NCBI GenBank assembly: GCA_018970605.1 | Contig: JAGWWA010000002.1 | Location: 272-64,271 of the forward strand | Direction of reading: 5' to 3' | Length of the DNA stretch: 64,000 bases | DNA from: Planctomycetota bacterium | GTDB lineage: Bacteria > Planctomycetota > Planctomycetia > Pirellulales > UBA1268 | Part shown: in pieces, positions 62,252 to 64,000 of the stretch | Numbering within the stretch: position 1 is the stretch's first letter | Layout: each line of letters begins with the position of its first letter | Notes under the pieces: model-generated | Database searches by the model: none | Seen by the model: only the letters and a program-made list of their open reading frames with translations | What the model was told of the DNA's origin: nothing | Made by a program: the position numbers and the translations under genes

Positions 62252-62366
62252 CGACTCGCCCCCTCTTCGGCGGTTTCATCCGAGCGCATCGGCGGCGCTT
62301 CGGCGAACCCGGCAGGCGTTCTATCGACGCCCCGGCCATGGCCACTCAAGGCCCATCCGGTGGCGT

Positions 62367-63923
62367 TCAGCCGCGGGATGTCGGGGGGAGTTTGGCGGTC
62401 TCCACCGACTCTGCCGGCGGGCGAAGCCCTGCCGCCTCATGGCGGACGATCGCGTCCACCAGGCCGGTCGCCGTGGCGTCGGCTGCCTCGGCATCAGGCC
62501 GCAGACCATGCCGGGCCAGGGCGGCGGACGTCAGCGGACTGATCGTGGCGATCCTCCACGACCGGAGCCGCGGGCCCAGCAGCCGTACCGCCGCGTCGGC
62601 GATCGACGGGCTCGTGAGCGTCAACCACGTCACGGGGGCCGCGTCGAGGCCGGCGAGCGTGTCGGGGTCGAGGGACTCGAGCGCCACGCTCTCGTAGGCC
62701 ACGGCTTCCTCGACGTGGTGTCCGCACGACTCGAGTTCGTGTCGCAGCACGTCGCGCCCCCGGTCGGCCCGCACGAGCAAGTGACGACCACGCACGGTCC
62801 GACCGGCGAGCGCCGCGGCGAGCCCCTCCGACGAGAACCTGTCCGGAACGAGATCGCAGCGGTAGCCGGCAGCCTCCAGCTGCCGCCGGGTGGCCGGACC
62901 GATCGCCGCCAGCCGGGCGGTGCCCAGCGCACGGCCGTCGAGGCCGAGGGCGGCGAGCCGCCTCGTGAAGCCGCGAACGCCGTTCGCGCTGGCGAACACG
63001 ATCCAGTCGTATGTGTCGGCGCGGCCGAGCGCGTCATCGAGCTGCTGCCACGACGGCGGATCAGCGATGCGAACGAGGGGCACGTTGATGCACTCGCCCC
63101 CCGCCCCCCGCACGGCGGCGGCGATCTCGCCCTCCTGTCCGGCCGGCCGCGTGGCGAGCACGAGCTGGCCGCGGAGCGGTCCAGATGCCGGCGGGACGGC
63201 GGCCCCCACCACCACCACGGCCGGCGATCGCCAGCCCTGGGTCGCGAAGTCGCCGGCGCAGTCACCGAGCGTGCTCCCACCGATCCGCTGGTCGGGCCAC
63301 GAGCACCTGCTGACGATCGTCACCGGGGTGTCGGCTGACAAACCCGCCCCCAGCAGCTCACGAGACCAGCGGGCCACCTGCTCCACGCCCATGTAGACGG
63401 CAAGCGTGCCAGGCAGCCCCGCCAGCGACCGGAAATCGATGCCGTCCGGCTTGCCGTCGGCCTCGCGTCCGGTGACGAGCGTGACACTCGAGGCCGAGTC
63501 GCGGCTGGTGAGCGGCACACCCGCAGCCGCGGCCGCTGCCAGCGCGGCCGTGATGCCCGGCACGAACTCCACCGCGACGCCGGCCTGCCGCAACGGCTCG
63601 AGTTCCTCCGTGAGCCGGGCGAACACGGTCGGGTCTCCCCCTTTGAGCCGCACGACCGCGCGGCCCTCGAGCGCCAGGCGGGCGAGGAGCCTGCCCGTCG
63701 CCGTGCCCGGACTGGGCCGCTGGTCCAGTTCCCGATCGACCCGGATCCGCTCCGCCGTGGGATTGACCTCGTCGAGCACAAGGTCGGGCACGAGCGAATC
63801 GTGCACGATGACGTCGGCGGCCCGCAGACGATCCACGGCCCGGAGCGTGAGCAGATCGGCCGCGCCGGGGCCGGCTCCCACGAAGACGACTCGGCCGGGC
63901 AACTGGGACGTGGGGGATGGCAT
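62367..63923 (-). CDS. cobA: Fused uroporphyrinogen-III C-methyltransferase / uroporphyrinogen-III synthase (CobA-HemD)
   Basis: VGAGPG, RLKGGDP and VPGITAA, then the HemD part TRP, WIVFASANGV, AIGPAT and TSPS. Confidence 0.93.
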   Translation of the reverse strand: MPSPTSQLPGRVVFVGAGPGAADLLTLRAVDRLRAADVIVHDSLVPDLVLDEVNPTAERIRVDRELDQRPSPGTATGRLLARLALEGRAVVRLKGGDPTVFARLTEELEPLRQAGVAVEFVPGITAALAAAAAAGVPLTSRDSASSVTLVTGREADGKPDGIDFRSLAGLPGTLAVYMGVEQVARWSRELLGAGLSADTPVTIVSRCSWPDQRIGGSTLGDCAGDFATQGWRSPAVVVVGAAVPPASGPLRGQLVLATRPAGQEGEIAAAVRGAGGECINVPLVRIADPPSWQQLDDALGRADTYDWIVFASANGVRGFTRRLAALGLDGRALGTARLAAIGPATRRQLEAAGYRCDLVPDRFSSEGLAAALAGRTVRGRHLLVRADRGRDVLRHELESCGHHVEEAVAYESVALESLDPDTLAGLDAAPVTWLTLTSPSIADAAVRLLGPRLRSWRIATISPLTSAALARHGLRPDAEAADATATGLVDAIVRHEAAGLRPPAESVETAKLPPTSRG

Positions 63924-64000
63924 GGCGATGATCGAGTTCCGCGGCCGGAGGGACCGGCGTTTGGTGTTCCCGCGGACCTCACTACACTCGGTGACGACTT

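Overview
A GC-rich bacterial chromosomal segment, most likely from a planctomycete (Planctomycetia/Pirellulales-like). The assignment is inferred from gene content: DUF1573, DUF3500, a nucleotidase-fold/multiheme cytochrome, mcsAB next to trpE, and small proteins typical of the group. The coding content is mostly housekeeping: ruvCAB, rpmF-fabD-fabG-acpP-fabF, nusA-infB-rbfA, yebC, proS, rnr, gcvT-gcvH-lipoyl ligase, serC-serA, TPR-TPR-exbB-exbD-exbD, xerD, metH, thiO, mutM, trpBA, trpE, mcsAB, coaD and cobA-hemD. I found no tRNA, rRNA, transposase, cas gene or prophage. The most striking unexplained structure is non-coding. About a dozen intergenic spaces hold mosaics of five palindromic modules (A-E). 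These include a ~138-nt multi-stem element with compensatory base changes (7 full copies) and a 33-34-nt hairpin with a GNNA loop (15 copies). All copies of these two modules face the same way whatever the direction of the flanking genes. Other candidates are a Cys-to-Glu ketosynthase plus a mini-secretin-like gene in a fab cluster lacking fabH, a protein with histone-H1-like tails after rbfA, a TonB-less ExbB/2xExbD motor with TPR proteins, a degenerate ATPase operon, and a 58-aa membrane protein missed by the ORF track. Protein family calls come from motif recognition, not from database searches.
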